Assembly: GCA_045602385.1 (NCBI GenBank)
Contig: JAZSBL010000030.1
Span: 2,902-66,901 of the forward strand
DNA from: Eubacteriales bacterium
Lineage (GTDB): Bacteria; Bacillota; Clostridia; Oscillospirales; CAG-272
Length of the DNA stretch: 64,000 bases
Reading direction: 5' to 3'
The first letter of the stretch is position 1. Each line of letters opens with the position of its first letter. The notes beneath the pieces were generated by a model, which saw nothing but the letters and a program-made list of their open reading frames with translations, was not told the origin of the DNA and searched no databases. A program made the position numbers and the translations under genes. Of the stretch, positions 32,931-43,823 are shown piece after piece.

Positions 32931-34092
32931 ATGTTCTATCGACCGTTGTGACTGTGAAATACTCCGGATTATGTTCACTTATCCTTTGCGCTATATCTCG
33001 TTTGAGATCATTATCGCTCATTTTAAGCTCAAAGGGTGCGCTTATATCAAAGATAAGATTGGTATGCGTAACACCGCGAACAAAGCGGAAGTCGTGTATA
33101 TCAAGCCTCTCGTCTATCTCCTTGACAAGACCCCTTGTCACTTCCCTCATATGGCTGACCTCCTCATCGTTTGTAACGATGGGGTCCATGTGTATATTGG
33201 ACTGTATGCCAAGCTCGGTGTTAAGTCTGCGCTCTATCATATCTATCATATCGTGCGAATCAAATACGCTCTTGTCGCCGTCCACCTCGATATGCAAAGT
33301 TACTATCGTCTGTCCCGGTCCGTAGCTATGCACCACCATGTCGTGTATTCCGAGCGCGTCGGGAAATTCGGATACGATCCTTTTGACGTTCTCAACGACC
33401 TCAGGGTCTGCAGACTCTCCAAGTATAGCATTCTTGGTTTCATTGAGTATCTTGATGCCCGCTATGAAGATAACGACCGCGACCGCAATTCCCATATATC
33501 CGTCGGCGTCAAAGCCCGTAAATTTGAAAACCAGCATCGCAACAAGCACCGCCGCGGTCGCAATTGCGTCGCTCAGGGAATCCGCAGCAGTAGCCTTCAT
33601 TACCGACGAATTGATCTTGTCAGCCAGCCTGCGGTTAAAATAGCACAGCCAAAGCTTTATAAGCACCGATACGCCGAGAACGATTATCATTATCCAAGAG
33701 AATGTCGTTTTGACCTCAGGAGAAAGTATTTTCTTTGCGGACTCCGTCAAAAGATCAACGCTTACGTGCAGTATCAGGAATGATACTATCATAGACGCGA
33801 CGTATTCTATTCTCGCGTGTCCGAACGGATGGTCGCGGTCGGCAGGCTTTGCGGCCATCTTGAAGCTGATAAAGGAAATTATCTGCGAGCCCGCATCGGA
33901 CAGATTGTTGATTCCGTCCGCCATCAGAGATATTGCTCCGAACAAAAAGCCCACGGTATATTTTCCTATCGCTAAAATAAGATTAAATATTATTCCCACA
34001 ACGCTGCCAAGCGTTCCGTACGCCCGCCTTACCGCGGGAGATTTTATGTCTTCGCTATCCTTTATGAACAGCTTTATAAGTAAATTAGTCAA
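32929..34092 (-). CDS. cation diffusion facilitator (CDF) metal efflux transporter
   Basis: 387 aa with six TM segments, the HPFGHARIEY and ADSLSDA motifs, and a C-terminal cytoplasmic dimerisation domain. Confidence 0.88.
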   Translation of the reverse strand: MTNLLIKLFIKDSEDIKSPAVRRAYGTLGSVVGIIFNLILAIGKYTVGFLFGAISLMADGINNLSDAGSQIISFISFKMAAKPADRDHPFGHARIEYVASMIVSFLILHVSVDLLTESAKKILSPEVKTTFSWIMIIVLGVSVLIKLWLCYFNRRLADKINSSVMKATAADSLSDAIATAAVLVAMLVFKFTGFDADGYMGIAVAVVIFIAGIKILNETKNAILGESADPEVVENVKRIVSEFPDALGIHDMVVHSYGPGQTIVTLHIEVDGDKSVFDSHDMIDMIERRLNTELGIQSNIHMDPIVTNDEEVSHMREVTRGLVKEIDERLDIHDFRFVRGVTHTNLIFDISAPFELKMSDNDLKRDIAQRISEHNPEYFTVTTVDRT

Positions 34093-34136
34093 ATTAATCC
34101 CTCACTTTATTGCGGTGGAATCGCAAGACTGCGGGA

Positions 34137-35693
34137 TCAGTCCTCCCCGTCCTCGGTTCCCCAATATTTTTTATCCAAGCTGCGATACTGTATCGCCTCC
34201 GCTATATGAGGCGCCATAATTATCTCGCTTCGGTCAAGATCGGCTATGGTTCTGGCAACACGCATTATACGGTCGTAGCCGCGCGCGGAAAGCCCCATAG
34301 AATCATATGCCATATGTAAAAGCTTCATAGCCATCTCGTCTGCCTTACAATATTTGCGTATTCCCGCAGAATCAAGAGAGGCATTGTTCAAATAAACATC
34401 GCCCTCCATTCTCTTTTGACCGAACTCGCGTGCGGCAATAACTCTTGCCCTTATATCCTCGCTGCGCTCCGCCTTGCCCGAATTGTCCGATATCTCGGAA
34501 TAGCTGAGGCTCGGCAGCTCTATCTGAATGTCTATTCTGTCAAGCATAGGTCCGCTTATACGGGAAATATATCTCTTTACGTCAATAGGCTTGCAGGTGC
34601 ATTTGCGCGTAGGATGTCCGAAGTAACCGCAACGGCAAGGGTTCATCGCTCCAACGAGCATAAAGCTGCACGGGAAGGTCACACGTCCGCTGGCTCTCGT
34701 GATAGTTACCTTTCTATCCTCAAGCGGCTGACGGAGCGCATCAGTCACCTGTTTTGGAAACTCGGGAAGCTCGTCAAGGAACAAAACACCGTTATCGGCA
34801 AGCGACACCTCGCCCGGCATAGGATTTACTCCGCCGCCGACCAGACTTACCGCGCTCATCGTATGGTGAGGTGAGCGGAAGGGTCGCGCAGAAATAAGGG
34901 ATACCCCATCGGGGAGAGTTCCCGATACCGAGTGTACCTTTGTCGTTTCGATAGCCTCGGTAAAGCTCAGAGGAGGCAGAATCGTCGGCAATCTCTTTGC
35001 AAGCATGGATTTTCCGGTTCCGGGAGGGCCGATAAGGAGGATATTGTGTCCGCCTGTGGCGGCTATCTCCATGGCGCGCTTTGCCTGCGCCTGTCCCTTA
35101 ACGTCGGAAAAATCAATATTGTAATTAGATGTAAGCGAGAAGAAATCATTTCTATCGTATTCCACGGGCGAGATTGGCTCGGTTCCGTTGAGATGTCCTA
35201 CAAGACTTTTCATATCCTTTACGGGATAGACCCTGATCCCCTCCACTGCCGCCGCCTCGCGCGCATTTTGCGCGGGCGCGTAAAACTCCTCAAAGCCCGC
35301 GTCGCGCGCCGCCACGCACATGGATAGCACACCGCGAACCTCTCGAAGCTCGCCTGAAAGCGAAAGCTCTCCAACAAAGCACTTTTTAGATATATCAAGG
35401 TCACTTTTGACTATTCCCGCGCACTTCATGATTCCAAGCAATATGGAAACGTCGTATGCGGATCCCTCTTTCTTACGGTCCGCGGGCGCAAGATTGAGCA
35501 TAAAGGACATCTCCGGAAAACGGTAGCCGCTGTTAAGGCAGGCCGTCCTTACCCTTTCCTTCGCCTCTTTGACCGCCGCGTCGGGAAGACCGACAAGCTC
35601 AAAATTGGGAAGTCTTGGCTGGGCATCAGCCTCAACCGTTACGATATATCCGTCAATGCCGAAAATTCCCGCGCTGAAAACCTGTGATAGCAT
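34137..35693 (-). CDS. YifB/ComM-family Mg-chelatase-like AAA+ protein
   Basis: Starts MLSQVFSAGIFGIDGY. Walker A GPPGTGKSM, Walker B LFLDELPEF, C-terminal ChlI-like domain. The ORF-track start at 35846 is an upstream extension. Confidence 0.88.
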   Translation of the reverse strand: MLSQVFSAGIFGIDGYIVTVEADAQPRLPNFELVGLPDAAVKEAKERVRTACLNSGYRFPEMSFMLNLAPADRKKEGSAYDVSILLGIMKCAGIVKSDLDISKKCFVGELSLSGELREVRGVLSMCVAARDAGFEEFYAPAQNAREAAAVEGIRVYPVKDMKSLVGHLNGTEPISPVEYDRNDFFSLTSNYNIDFSDVKGQAQAKRAMEIAATGGHNILLIGPPGTGKSMLAKRLPTILPPLSFTEAIETTKVHSVSGTLPDGVSLISARPFRSPHHTMSAVSLVGGGVNPMPGEVSLADNGVLFLDELPEFPKQVTDALRQPLEDRKVTITRASGRVTFPCSFMLVGAMNPCRCGYFGHPTRKCTCKPIDVKRYISRISGPMLDRIDIQIELPSLSYSEISDNSGKAERSEDIRARVIAAREFGQKRMEGDVYLNNASLDSAGIRKYCKADEMAMKLLHMAYDSMGLSARGYDRIMRVARTIADLDRSEIIMAPHIAEAIQYRSLDKKYWGTEDGED

Positions 35694-35839
35694 TTTTTTG
35701 ATTCCTCGCTTTGCAAAGCATATATGAAAATTATACCATAAAAATTCCCAAAACGCAATAATGTGACGCCATCTTTTTGTGTTATGACCATCTAAAACGA
35801 TTATTTTGCAAAAGAAAGAGCAAAGTACTCTCAAAGCTC

Positions 35840-35868
35840 TTGACAATTTAGCATTTATGAGTTATAAT
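35840..35868 (+). promoter_or_regulatory. Consensus sigma-A promoter
   Basis: TTGACA (35840-35845), 17 nt, TATAAT (35863-35868). Confidence 0.55.
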
Positions 35869-35911
35869 TACCATGTATATTTTTGTAATACTTGTATCCC
35901 GGAGGTCTATA

Positions 35912-36718
35912 ATGAAAAAGATCATAGCTTTTATGTTGACTATGCTCCTTGCTCTCTCCCTTTTTGCGTGTGTCGCAGAGGAAGAAACCGACAGCAGTAT
36001 AGATGATTACGCAGCGCCCAACTACACCCACAGACTTACAGCCGAGCAGGGTGGGGGTACTGTTACATTCACAGACGGACACGCAGAGAGCGCGGTCATT
36101 TCCGATTACACCGGCCCCTCAAAGCTCCACACCGTCGTTATTCCCGAAAAGATCTCCGAGGCTGACAGAGAGGTCAGCGCGATTGGTGAGCGCGCCTTCT
36201 ATCAGACCCCCACAATCAAAGAGGTAATTCTCCCCGATACGGTTACGTCCATCGGCGCTATGGCGTTCGCAGGCTGCACCGGCCTTGAGAGGATCGAAAT
36301 ACCCGCAGCGGTAACTACAATAGACGAATCCGCTTTCTACGGTTGCACGTCTCTTAAGACTGTCGTTTTCAAGGGTAAAGAGCTTAAGACTATCGGTGAC
36401 TTTGCCTTCCTTGATTGCACCGCACTCGCAGAGATCGAGCTTCCTGAGGGACTTAAGTCGATCGGCAGGTGGGCATTTGGTGATTGCAAGGCAATAACAA
36501 AGCTTACCATGCCCTCCACTCTCAAATCTATTGAGACTCTTGCATTCTGCGGCTGTGAAGGACTCAACGCTCCCGGCGCGCTTACACTTTCCGAGTCCAT
36601 TGAAAACATAAAAGAATATGCTTTCAGCGGTATCGACAAGGCCAACATCGTTGTTCCCGAAAACTCTGTTACAGCAGATTCCTTTGCCAAGATGGACCAA
36701 GAGAATGAAAACGAATAA
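35912..36718 (+). CDS. BspA-type leucine-rich-repeat lipoprotein
   Basis: ATG 35912 follows a GGAGG RBS. MKKIIAFMLTMLLALSLFAC has a lipobox. LRR repeats of the form AF..C..L..I.IP are present. Confidence 0.75.
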   Translation: MKKIIAFMLTMLLALSLFACVAEEETDSSIDDYAAPNYTHRLTAEQGGGTVTFTDGHAESAVISDYTGPSKLHTVVIPEKISEADREVSAIGERAFYQTPTIKEVILPDTVTSIGAMAFAGCTGLERIEIPAAVTTIDESAFYGCTSLKTVVFKGKELKTIGDFAFLDCTALAEIELPEGLKSIGRWAFGDCKAITKLTMPSTLKSIETLAFCGCEGLNAPGALTLSESIENIKEYAFSGIDKANIVVPENSVTADSFAKMDQENENE

Positions 36719-36730
36719 TCGATCATAACA

Positions 36731-36767
36731 TAAAACGGATTACCGACACGGTAATCCGTTTTTTTAT
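36731..36767. terminator. Bidirectional terminator
   Basis: ACGGATTACCG (36735-36745) pairs with CGGTAATCCGT (36749-36759), followed by T7. Confidence 0.7.
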
Positions 36768-37789
36768 TCTGCTTCGTCGTCCTGCATCTTGTGCTCGATA
36801 GCAACTACTATCGCCATCTCCGCCGCAAGGATCGAGTCTGCCGATAACGTACAGCCAGCCGCTCTCTCGTGACCGCCTCCACCGTAATGCGCGCAGATCT
36901 CGGATACGTCAAAATCGCAGGATGAGCGCATCGAAACGCGGAATTTATTATCCTCCGTCGGCTGCTTGATAACCGCCGCGACCTCAACACCCTTTACGCA
37001 ACGCGCAACGTCTATAAGTGTCTCAAGATTCTCATCGGTAGCTCCGTACTGATTCTTAAGATCATAAGGAAAGGCTATCATGGCAATGCGACCGCCCGCA
37101 TAGAAATTCATTCGCTCAAATCCCGCATGCTCTACCTGCATCTGCTTTAAGGTCTTAATGCCAAATAGCTTGTGGTTTATATCAGCCGTATCAACTCCCA
37201 ATGCAAGAAGTCTTGCAGCAAGAGTGTGCGACGAGGGCGAGGTGTTATTATACCTGAAGCACCCCGTATCAGCGCTGAGCGCGGTATATATCAGCTCACA
37301 TACACGGCGGGGCATATCTGTACCCGCGCGCTTGAAAAGCATATCCAGAATTTTACAAAGCACCTCTCCGCAAGAAGATGCGCCGGGCAGAATATAGTTG
37401 TCCGCATAGGCCGTTCCCTTTGCATGGTGATCGATCATCAGATCTATTTTGTCCTTGTAGATCTCATAAAGCGAGCCAAGCTGAGAAGGCGACGCGGTAT
37501 CCACGCTAACAATAAGGTCTGGTGTAAAATCCGCGGGAATATTCTCGTGCAAGCTACTGCTTTGCGTGTCGCTCATGGCAAACAAAAGCCTTTCCGGGAC
37601 CTCTGTGGGCGAGATACACCATGCGCTCTTGCCAATCGATTTCAGCGCGTGGCGAAGCGCAAAGGCAGAACCCGTAGCATCTCCGTCCGGATTGACGTGA
37701 AAGAGTATCAAGACCCTTTCTGCTCCCCAAAGCTTATCCGCCGCTTCTTGTGCAGTCAGCGCGCGAAACTCACTCTTTTCTTCAATCAT
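36764..37789 (-). CDS. nrnA: DHH/DHHA1 phosphoesterase (NrnA-like oligoribonuclease/pAp phosphatase)
   Basis: Motifs HVNPDGDATGS, VDT, MIDHH and GGGGHERAAG. The start is uncertain; ATG 37789 has a GGAGAG RBS and 37801 and 37837 are also possible. It lies downstream of rbfA, as is usual. Confidence 0.8.
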   Translation of the reverse strand: MIEEKSEFRALTAQEAADKLWGAERVLILFHVNPDGDATGSAFALRHALKSIGKSAWCISPTEVPERLLFAMSDTQSSSLHENIPADFTPDLIVSVDTASPSQLGSLYEIYKDKIDLMIDHHAKGTAYADNYILPGASSCGEVLCKILDMLFKRAGTDMPRRVCELIYTALSADTGCFRYNNTSPSSHTLAARLLALGVDTADINHKLFGIKTLKQMQVEHAGFERMNFYAGGRIAMIAFPYDLKNQYGATDENLETLIDVARCVKGVEVAAVIKQPTEDNKFRVSMRSSCDFDVSEICAHYGGGGHERAAGCTLSADSILAAEMAIVVAIEHKMQDDEAE

Positions 37790-38156
37790 CGCTCTCTCCA
37801 TCGTTCTCGTCGGGATCAGTGATCGTGATTCCCTCAAGTATCTTTGAAATCTTTGCTCCGTACTCTATAGAGCCGTCCTCAATAAAGGTTATCTCAGGGG
37901 TAATACGAAGATTCATTCTCTTGGCGATCTGTCCGCGAATAAATCCCGCGCTTGACTGAAGCCCGCGCTTGATCTCCTTCTTATCGCCCATAAGAGCGGA
38001 ATAATATACCTTCGCAAATTTAAGGTCGGGTGTTACCTCTGCCGCTGTCACGCTGATAAACGCGCCAGACACTCTGGGGTCCTTCACGTCTCTGAGTATC
38101 ATTGCGACCTCTTTTTGAAATTCATCGTTTATTCTTCCCTGTCTGTATTTTGCCAT
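37782..38156 (-). CDS. rbfA: ribosome-binding factor A
   Basis: 124 aa. MAKYRQGRINDEFQKEVAMILRD...DPRV...VTAAEVTPDLKFAKVYYS is the typical RbfA sequence. Confidence 0.9.
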   Translation of the reverse strand: MAKYRQGRINDEFQKEVAMILRDVKDPRVSGAFISVTAAEVTPDLKFAKVYYSALMGDKKEIKRGLQSSAGFIRGQIAKRMNLRITPEITFIEDGSIEYGAKISKILEGITITDPDENDGESDD

Positions 38157-39121
38157 TTTATCTCTCCATTCGATTCCTGAATATATTGATTGTTTATATT
38201 GTCTCTTTGTTCTAATGATTCCATTCCTAATCCGGAATAGAATATTTCGCGCACAAGGTCATCCGGGCACTTCAGACCTATAAGCGCAACGTCTCTTATG
38301 TAGGGCGTGATCTCATATTTGAAGATACCATCCGAATTTTTCACGTTGTGCAAAACTCCGACGTACTCTGATATATCGGTAACGTACCCTGTAAGACGGT
38401 CAAGCTTTGTATTATCGGCATTGAAAAAGGCCTCAAGCTCTATGCCCTCATCATAATGTATCACCTTTACGGTAAGCGTGCGATCCTGCGCATGCTCCCT
38501 TGCTGCAAGCGCCATCATAAGAAGCATTGCAAATATATGACCGCCTGCATAGCGCATTCCCGCCACGCAAAGCATTCTGTTTTCGCGGTCGCTTTGAATC
38601 TCTATCCTGACGCCCGCCAGATCGGACACCGCCTTTATTCCGTCATATATAAACGATTTGCCGAGATTTGCATACTCGATCAAACTCTCCGCCACACTTG
38701 CGCTGTTCAGATACCGCGAATAATCAACCTCTGACGGCTGATCGCCAAATCGGCTGTACGCAAGATCATATATGCGGTCTGAGAGCGACGACATTCCTAC
38801 TGTATGCGACATGTTCTTTCTGAGCCATACAGGGTCGCAGGAATGCATCTCTATTACCAATCCGAGACTCTCCGCACCGCAAAGGCCCTTGATAACGATA
38901 AGCGGGACATCTACCCCGTCGCGTATTCCCATAATTGCAAAGCTTCTGCTTCTGTTTTCGCCCCATGCATCGGCTAAAAATTCGTTTTCACCCTCACACA
39001 TAGTCAGCTGCGAGAACAGATCCCTCTTCAACGGCCTGCGACTGACCCTTGATGCAATTATATCTCCAAATCCGCGTCGGGATGCCGCAAAAACGTATAT
39101 ATCGTCAATAAATTCAAGCAA
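38129..39121 (-). CDS. hypothetical protein
   Basis: 330-aa ORF, co-oriented with rbfA and overlapping it by 28 nt. I recognise no motif. Confidence 0.45.
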   Translation of the reverse strand: MLEFIDDIYVFAASRRGFGDIIASRVSRRPLKRDLFSQLTMCEGENEFLADAWGENRSRSFAIMGIRDGVDVPLIVIKGLCGAESLGLVIEMHSCDPVWLRKNMSHTVGMSSLSDRIYDLAYSRFGDQPSEVDYSRYLNSASVAESLIEYANLGKSFIYDGIKAVSDLAGVRIEIQSDRENRMLCVAGMRYAGGHIFAMLLMMALAAREHAQDRTLTVKVIHYDEGIELEAFFNADNTKLDRLTGYVTDISEYVGVLHNVKNSDGIFKYEITPYIRDVALIGLKCPDDLVREIFYSGLGMESLEQRDNINNQYIQESNGEIKWQNTDREE

Positions 39122-39227
39122 TTGTATAAAATGCTCCTCAGTCTTACGTAAATCTGCCGAAAAAACTTCGGCATTGTAATTATAACCTATTTTGTCCCTT
39201 TTGTCAAGCGGATAAAGACCACACCGC

Positions 39228-39860
39228 CTATCTCGTAAGCTCTTTTATGTAATTCTCTGCCCTGTGCGCATCAACTCTCGAATATCTCCCGCGCACACCT
39301 ATATTTATAATATCCCCCACATGCCTGAAGCCAAATGACTTGGGCGGCAGATGAGTCACTATATCATCATAATTTTTTATTCGGCAAAAGCCCTGCCATC
39401 GCTCATTTTCCATAGGCACTCTGCCCCATATCACTCTTGGACAACCAAACCCGTAGCCAAACAGATTTGATCTTATATCGGGCCGATTGTACCATATAAA
39501 TTCATGGCAAAGCAGGGCCAATGCCGCGCCGTGACTGTACCCCACAGTAATTATCCTTCGAACACTGAGATCCAATAGCGCACCCTCAATGTACGGTAAA
39601 ACACTACGCCACACACGCAAAAAACCACCGTGAACGTACCAGGATTCACATTCTCTCACACACTCGCGGCGAGCCTCGGTTACCGCAAAATCAAAATTAT
39701 TTTCCCAATCGTCTGCTCCGTCGCTTTTTTCGAAGAAAACATACAGACTGTCCCCCTCGCGCCCTATGGCAAAGCTGCCACTATTTTCAACCGTTAGATA
39801 CTCCGCGTAAAGACAACGAGAAAGCATTTCTGCAAGAAAAGATCCGTCTGCTTTTTTCAT
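39228..39860 (-). CDS. putative lipase_3-like alpha/beta hydrolase
   Basis: 210 aa. VGYSHGAALALL resembles a GxSxG nucleophile elbow, with a later D...H. This is a weak call. Confidence 0.45.
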   Translation of the reverse strand: MKKADGSFLAEMLSRCLYAEYLTVENSGSFAIGREGDSLYVFFEKSDGADDWENNFDFAVTEARRECVRECESWYVHGGFLRVWRSVLPYIEGALLDLSVRRIITVGYSHGAALALLCHEFIWYNRPDIRSNLFGYGFGCPRVIWGRVPMENERWQGFCRIKNYDDIVTHLPPKSFGFRHVGDIINIGVRGRYSRVDAHRAENYIKELTR

Positions 39861-39929
39861 TTTATATTATCCCCCTCTCTCGCTTCGATCATATGCTATT
39901 ATATGCCTTATAAAGGGGAAATGTTTTGA

Positions 39930-39975
39930 TTTAAATAAAAGTAACGGCTCGTCCAAAGCGCGCGAGCCGTTACTC
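39930..39975 (-). terminator. Rho-independent terminator after icd
   Basis: GTAACGGCTCG (39941-39951) pairs with CGAGCCGTTAC (39963-39973). On the minus strand it is followed by TTTTATTT. Confidence 0.65.
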
Positions 39976-39981
39976 ATATAT

Positions 39982-41184
39982 TTATAATCTTTCGCGTATA
40001 GCCTTGATAAACTCAAGAGAATTTACCGCTACCGCTTGAGTTTCATCGCTGACAAGACCAACAAGATCCTTTGTCATAATGCCGTCGTCAAGCGTCTTGA
40101 TGCACGCCGCCTCAAGTCTTTTTGCAAAATTACAAAGCTCGCGAAGTCCGTCAAGCTCTCCGCGCTTATAAAGCGCGCCCGTCCACGCGAATATCGTCGC
40201 CATCGGGTTTGTAGAGGTCTCCTCGCCCTTCAGATATCTGTAATAATGACGTGTGACCGTTCCGTGCGCCGCCTCGTACTCGTAGTTGCCGTCGGGCGAT
40301 ACCAGAACGCTCGTCATCATGGCAAGTGAGCCGAATGCGGTCGATACCATGTCGCTCATCACGTCACCGTCATAGTTCTTGCAAGCCCAGATAAATCCGC
40401 CCTTGCTGCGCATCACTCTTGCGACCGCGTCATCTATAAGGGTATAGAAATACTCGATTCCCGCAGCCTCAAAATCCGCTTTGTAATCAGACTCGTATAT
40501 CTCCTCAAAAATAAGCTTGAAGGTCTGATCGTACTGCTTTGATATAGTGTCCTTGGTTGAAAACCAAAGATCCTGCTTGGTGGCAAGAGCGTATTTAAAG
40601 CAGGAATGAGCGAATGAGCGTATCGAGGAGTCCTTATTGTACTGTCCCTGAAGCACGCCTGCGCACTCAAAATCATAGACTGTTTCGCGGTAGGTTTCTT
40701 CGCCTTGCGCGTTTGTAAAGACAAGCTCCGCCTTTCCCTGCTCGCAGACTCTCAGCTCGGTCGCCTTATATACGTCACCGTATGCGTGGCGCGCGATAGT
40801 GATAGGCTTCTGCCAGTTTCTCACCGCAGGCTTTATCGAATCAATAAGAATAGGCGCACGGAACACCGTTCCGTCAAGAATCGCTCTTATCGTTCCGTTG
40901 GGGCTCTTCCACATTTTTTTGAGGTTGTATTCCTCTACTCTTTGCTTATTCGGGGTTATGGTAGCGCATTTTACCGATACGCCGTATTTTTTATTTGCCT
41001 CAGCCGCCTGAACAGTTACAAGGTCGTCAGTCGCGTCTCTGTTTTCAAGCGACAGATCGTAATACTCGGTCTTAAGATCAACAAAAGGAAGGATAAGCTC
41101 ATCCTTGATCATTTTCCAAAGTATTCTGGTCATTTCGTCGCCGTCCATTTCAACAAGCGGCGTCGTCATCTTTATCTTCGACAT
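39982..41184 (-). CDS. icd: NADP-dependent isocitrate dehydrogenase (eukaryote-like ~400-aa type)
   Basis: 400 aa. [13 protein letters not shown]..., TITPNKQRV and SPNGTIR motifs characteristic of the type II homodimeric IDH. Confidence 0.93.
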   Translation of the reverse strand: MSKIKMTTPLVEMDGDEMTRILWKMIKDELILPFVDLKTEYYDLSLENRDATDDLVTVQAAEANKKYGVSVKCATITPNKQRVEEYNLKKMWKSPNGTIRAILDGTVFRAPILIDSIKPAVRNWQKPITIARHAYGDVYKATELRVCEQGKAELVFTNAQGEETYRETVYDFECAGVLQGQYNKDSSIRSFAHSCFKYALATKQDLWFSTKDTISKQYDQTFKLIFEEIYESDYKADFEAAGIEYFYTLIDDAVARVMRSKGGFIWACKNYDGDVMSDMVSTAFGSLAMMTSVLVSPDGNYEYEAAHGTVTRHYYRYLKGEETSTNPMATIFAWTGALYKRGELDGLRELCNFAKRLEAACIKTLDDGIMTKDLVGLVSDETQAVAVNSLEFIKAIRERL

Positions 41185-41195
41185 GGTATTCCTCT

Positions 41196-43124
41196 TTATC
41201 GGTTGGTTTTTGTGTACGGAAGAAGTCCGCCGGCGCGAAGTATTCCTCTCTGCCTTTCAGAAAAATCGCCTGCGACAATATACTCCTTGCCCGTTGTAAT
41301 ATTCTTAACTGTCATTTTCCCACTTTTAAGTGCATCAAACACACCGCAAAGTTCAAGCGAGTCGCCCTCACTCAGCTCATCGTAATCATGGGGATTTTCA
41401 AGTGTCAAGGGGATTATTCCCGCATTTATCAGGTTTGCCGCGTGTATTCTGGCAAAGCTCTTGGCAATCACCGCGCGAACGCCAAGGTAAAGCGGAACGA
41501 GCGCCGCGTGCTCTCGCGATGACCCTTGTCCGTAATTCACGCCGCCGAGAATAATGCTCTGCCCCGCCGCCAAGGCTCTCTCGGGGAAGCTATCGTCACA
41601 TACGCCGAAGCAGAATTTTGAAAGATACGGGATATTTGAGCGGTACGGCAGTATCTTTGCCCCCGCGGGCATAATGTGGTCGGTGGTTATATTATCGCCC
41701 ACCTTCAAGGTAAGGCTCGCCTTGATGTTGTCCTCAAGCGGAGTGGTTTCGGGAAAAGGCTTTATGTTCGGTCCGCGGAGTATCGGCAAAGAATCCGCCT
41801 CTCTCTCATCTGCGGGCTCAATAACCGCGCTATCGTCTATCTTGAAGCGCTCAGGCATCCCTATCTCGGGATATTCGCCAAGCACTCTTGGGTCGGTTAT
41901 ATATCCCGTGATCGCGCTGGCCGCCGCTATTTCGGGAGAAACGAGATAAACTCCGGCGTCACGCGTTCCGCTTCTTCCCTCAAAATTGCGATTGAAGGTG
42001 CGAAGCGATACTCCGCCCGATTCGGGTGAAAATCCCATTCCGATACATGGGCCACAGGCGCACTCAAGTACTCTCGCGCCCGATGCGATTATATCCGAAA
42101 GCGCGCCGCAATCCGCAAGCATTGAAAGCACCTGCTTTGAGCCCGGAGAAACCGAAAGGCTTACCGAATCGGCTATTTTTTTGCCTTTAAGAATATCCGC
42201 CACTCTTAGCATATCTCTTAGTGACGAGTTTGTGCATGAGCCGATGCAAACCTGATTGACCTTGACTGACGAAAGCTCACTCGCCTTCTTTATATTATCG
42301 GGACTGTGAGGACATGCCATCAGCGGCTCAAGCTCTGAAAGATTTATATCTATTACTCTGTCGTAAACCGCATCGGGATCGGAGCTGAGAGGAATATACA
42401 CATCACCTCTGCCCTCCGCCTCCAAAAATGCCTTTGTTATTTCATCAGACGGGAATATCGACGTGGTCGCGCCAAGCTCTGTTCCCATATTCGTAATAGT
42501 CGCGCGCTCGGGCACCGAAAGAGTCTTTATTCCCTCGCCGCCCCACTCAATTATTGCTCCGACTCCTCCCTTTACCGAAAGGATGCGGAGTATCTCAAGG
42601 CTCACGTCCTTCGCGCTGACCCAAGGACGAAGCTTGCCCGTGAGATTGACCTTGTACATTTTCGGCATAGTGATATAATACGCGCCGCCACCCATTGCGA
42701 CAGCGACGTCCATTCCGCCTGCGCCAAACGCAAGCATACCGATACCGCCGCCGGTCGGAGTGTGGCTGTCAGAGCCGATAAGCGTCTTGCCCGGCACGCC
42801 GAAGCGCTCAAGATGTACCTGATGGCAAATTCCGTTTCCCGGGCGTGAAAAGCGCAAACCGAATTTCTTTGCAACCGACTGTATATATCTGTGATCATCG
42901 GCATTTTCAAATCCGGATTGCAAGGTGTTGTGGTCTATATACGCCACCGAAAGCTCGGTGCGCACCCTCTTGATACCTATCGCCTCAAACTCCAGATACG
43001 CCATCGTTCCCGTCGCGTCCTGAGTCAACGTCTGGTCTATTTTAAGCGCGATCTCACTACCCACCGTCATCTCACCTGAGATCAGATGCTCCTTTATAAT
43101 TTTTTGTGCTATTGTAAGTCCCAT
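41196..43124 (-). CDS. aconitate hydratase (short ~640-aa clostridial type)
   Basis: Fe-S ligand contexts [16 protein letters not shown] and CGPCIGMG, with a swivel domain at the C-terminus. Confidence 0.92.
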   Translation of the reverse strand: MGLTIAQKIIKEHLISGEMTVGSEIALKIDQTLTQDATGTMAYLEFEAIGIKRVRTELSVAYIDHNTLQSGFENADDHRYIQSVAKKFGLRFSRPGNGICHQVHLERFGVPGKTLIGSDSHTPTGGGIGMLAFGAGGMDVAVAMGGGAYYITMPKMYKVNLTGKLRPWVSAKDVSLEILRILSVKGGVGAIIEWGGEGIKTLSVPERATITNMGTELGATTSIFPSDEITKAFLEAEGRGDVYIPLSSDPDAVYDRVIDINLSELEPLMACPHSPDNIKKASELSSVKVNQVCIGSCTNSSLRDMLRVADILKGKKIADSVSLSVSPGSKQVLSMLADCGALSDIIASGARVLECACGPCIGMGFSPESGGVSLRTFNRNFEGRSGTRDAGVYLVSPEIAAASAITGYITDPRVLGEYPEIGMPERFKIDDSAVIEPADEREADSLPILRGPNIKPFPETTPLEDNIKASLTLKVGDNITTDHIMPAGAKILPYRSNIPYLSKFCFGVCDDSFPERALAAGQSIILGGVNYGQGSSREHAALVPLYLGVRAVIAKSFARIHAANLINAGIIPLTLENPHDYDELSEGDSLELCGVFDALKSGKMTVKNITTGKEYIVAGDFSERQRGILRAGGLLPYTKTNR

Positions 43125-43139
43125 GACTGTTACCTCTTA

Positions 43140-43805
43140 TTATGTCTGTGCCTGTGCAATCTTCTGCATTATACTTTCGCGGGCGTTGATTATATGATCT
43201 ACCATAAGCTTCTCGGCAAGCTCTCCGTTGCGCGTAACTATTGCATCGTATATCGCCTTATGCTCGCCGAGAGATTTTTTGGCTCTCTCGCTCTGCTCGA
43301 TCGAAGCCTTACGGAATTTCACTATCTTTTTATGAAGCTCTGCCAAGGTGGACTGCACTGGCATACTACCCGACATTCTGTACAACACGCTGTGGAAATT
43401 GCTGTCGCAGCTTATCGTACGATCATCGTCGCCCTTCATAATGTAAAACTCCTGAAGGTCAACTACGTCACGCAGCTCCTTTATTTCCTTGTCGCTTGCC
43501 CTTGCCGCGGCAAGACGGGCAGCGTAGCCCTCAATACGTATTCTCATTTCGTATATATCGGCGATATCCTCTGCAGAAATTCCTACGATGACCGCGCCCT
43601 TGGTCGACATCTTAACGATCCCTTCCTGCTCAAGTCTGCGAAGCGCCTCTCTTATCGGAGTTCTGCTCACCCCGAGGATTTCGGCAAGCTTCATCTCGGT
43701 AAAAACCTCTCCCTTGTGGTAATTTCCTGCCAAGATATCGTGCTCCAACCTCTCAAACACCTGATCTGCCAAGGATACTATCTTATGCTCTGTACTCAAC
43801 ATCAT
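43140..43805 (-). CDS. GntR/FadR-family (FCD domain) transcriptional regulator
   Basis: 221 aa. wHTH LAEILGVSRTPIREALRRLEQEGIV followed by an all-helical FCD-type C-terminal domain. Confidence 0.88.
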   Translation of the reverse strand: MMLSTEHKIVSLADQVFERLEHDILAGNYHKGEVFTEMKLAEILGVSRTPIREALRRLEQEGIVKMSTKGAVIVGISAEDIADIYEMRIRIEGYAARLAAARASDKEIKELRDVVDLQEFYIMKGDDDRTISCDSNFHSVLYRMSGSMPVQSTLAELHKKIVKFRKASIEQSERAKKSLGEHKAIYDAIVTRNGELAEKLMVDHIINARESIMQKIAQAQT

Positions 43806-43823
43806 TTTCTAAACTCCAATCCA

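Noticed and set aside
32857-33783. 308-aa + strand ORF and others antisense to the CDF transporter. Similar cases: 43086-44111 (antisense to GntR and citrate synthase), 58426-59403 (antisense to the ABC NBD), 48583-49425, 53715-54557, 37172-37822, 40705-41385 and 13625-14470.
   Set aside because: All are embedded antisense to well-supported genes and lack motifs and plausible translation signals.
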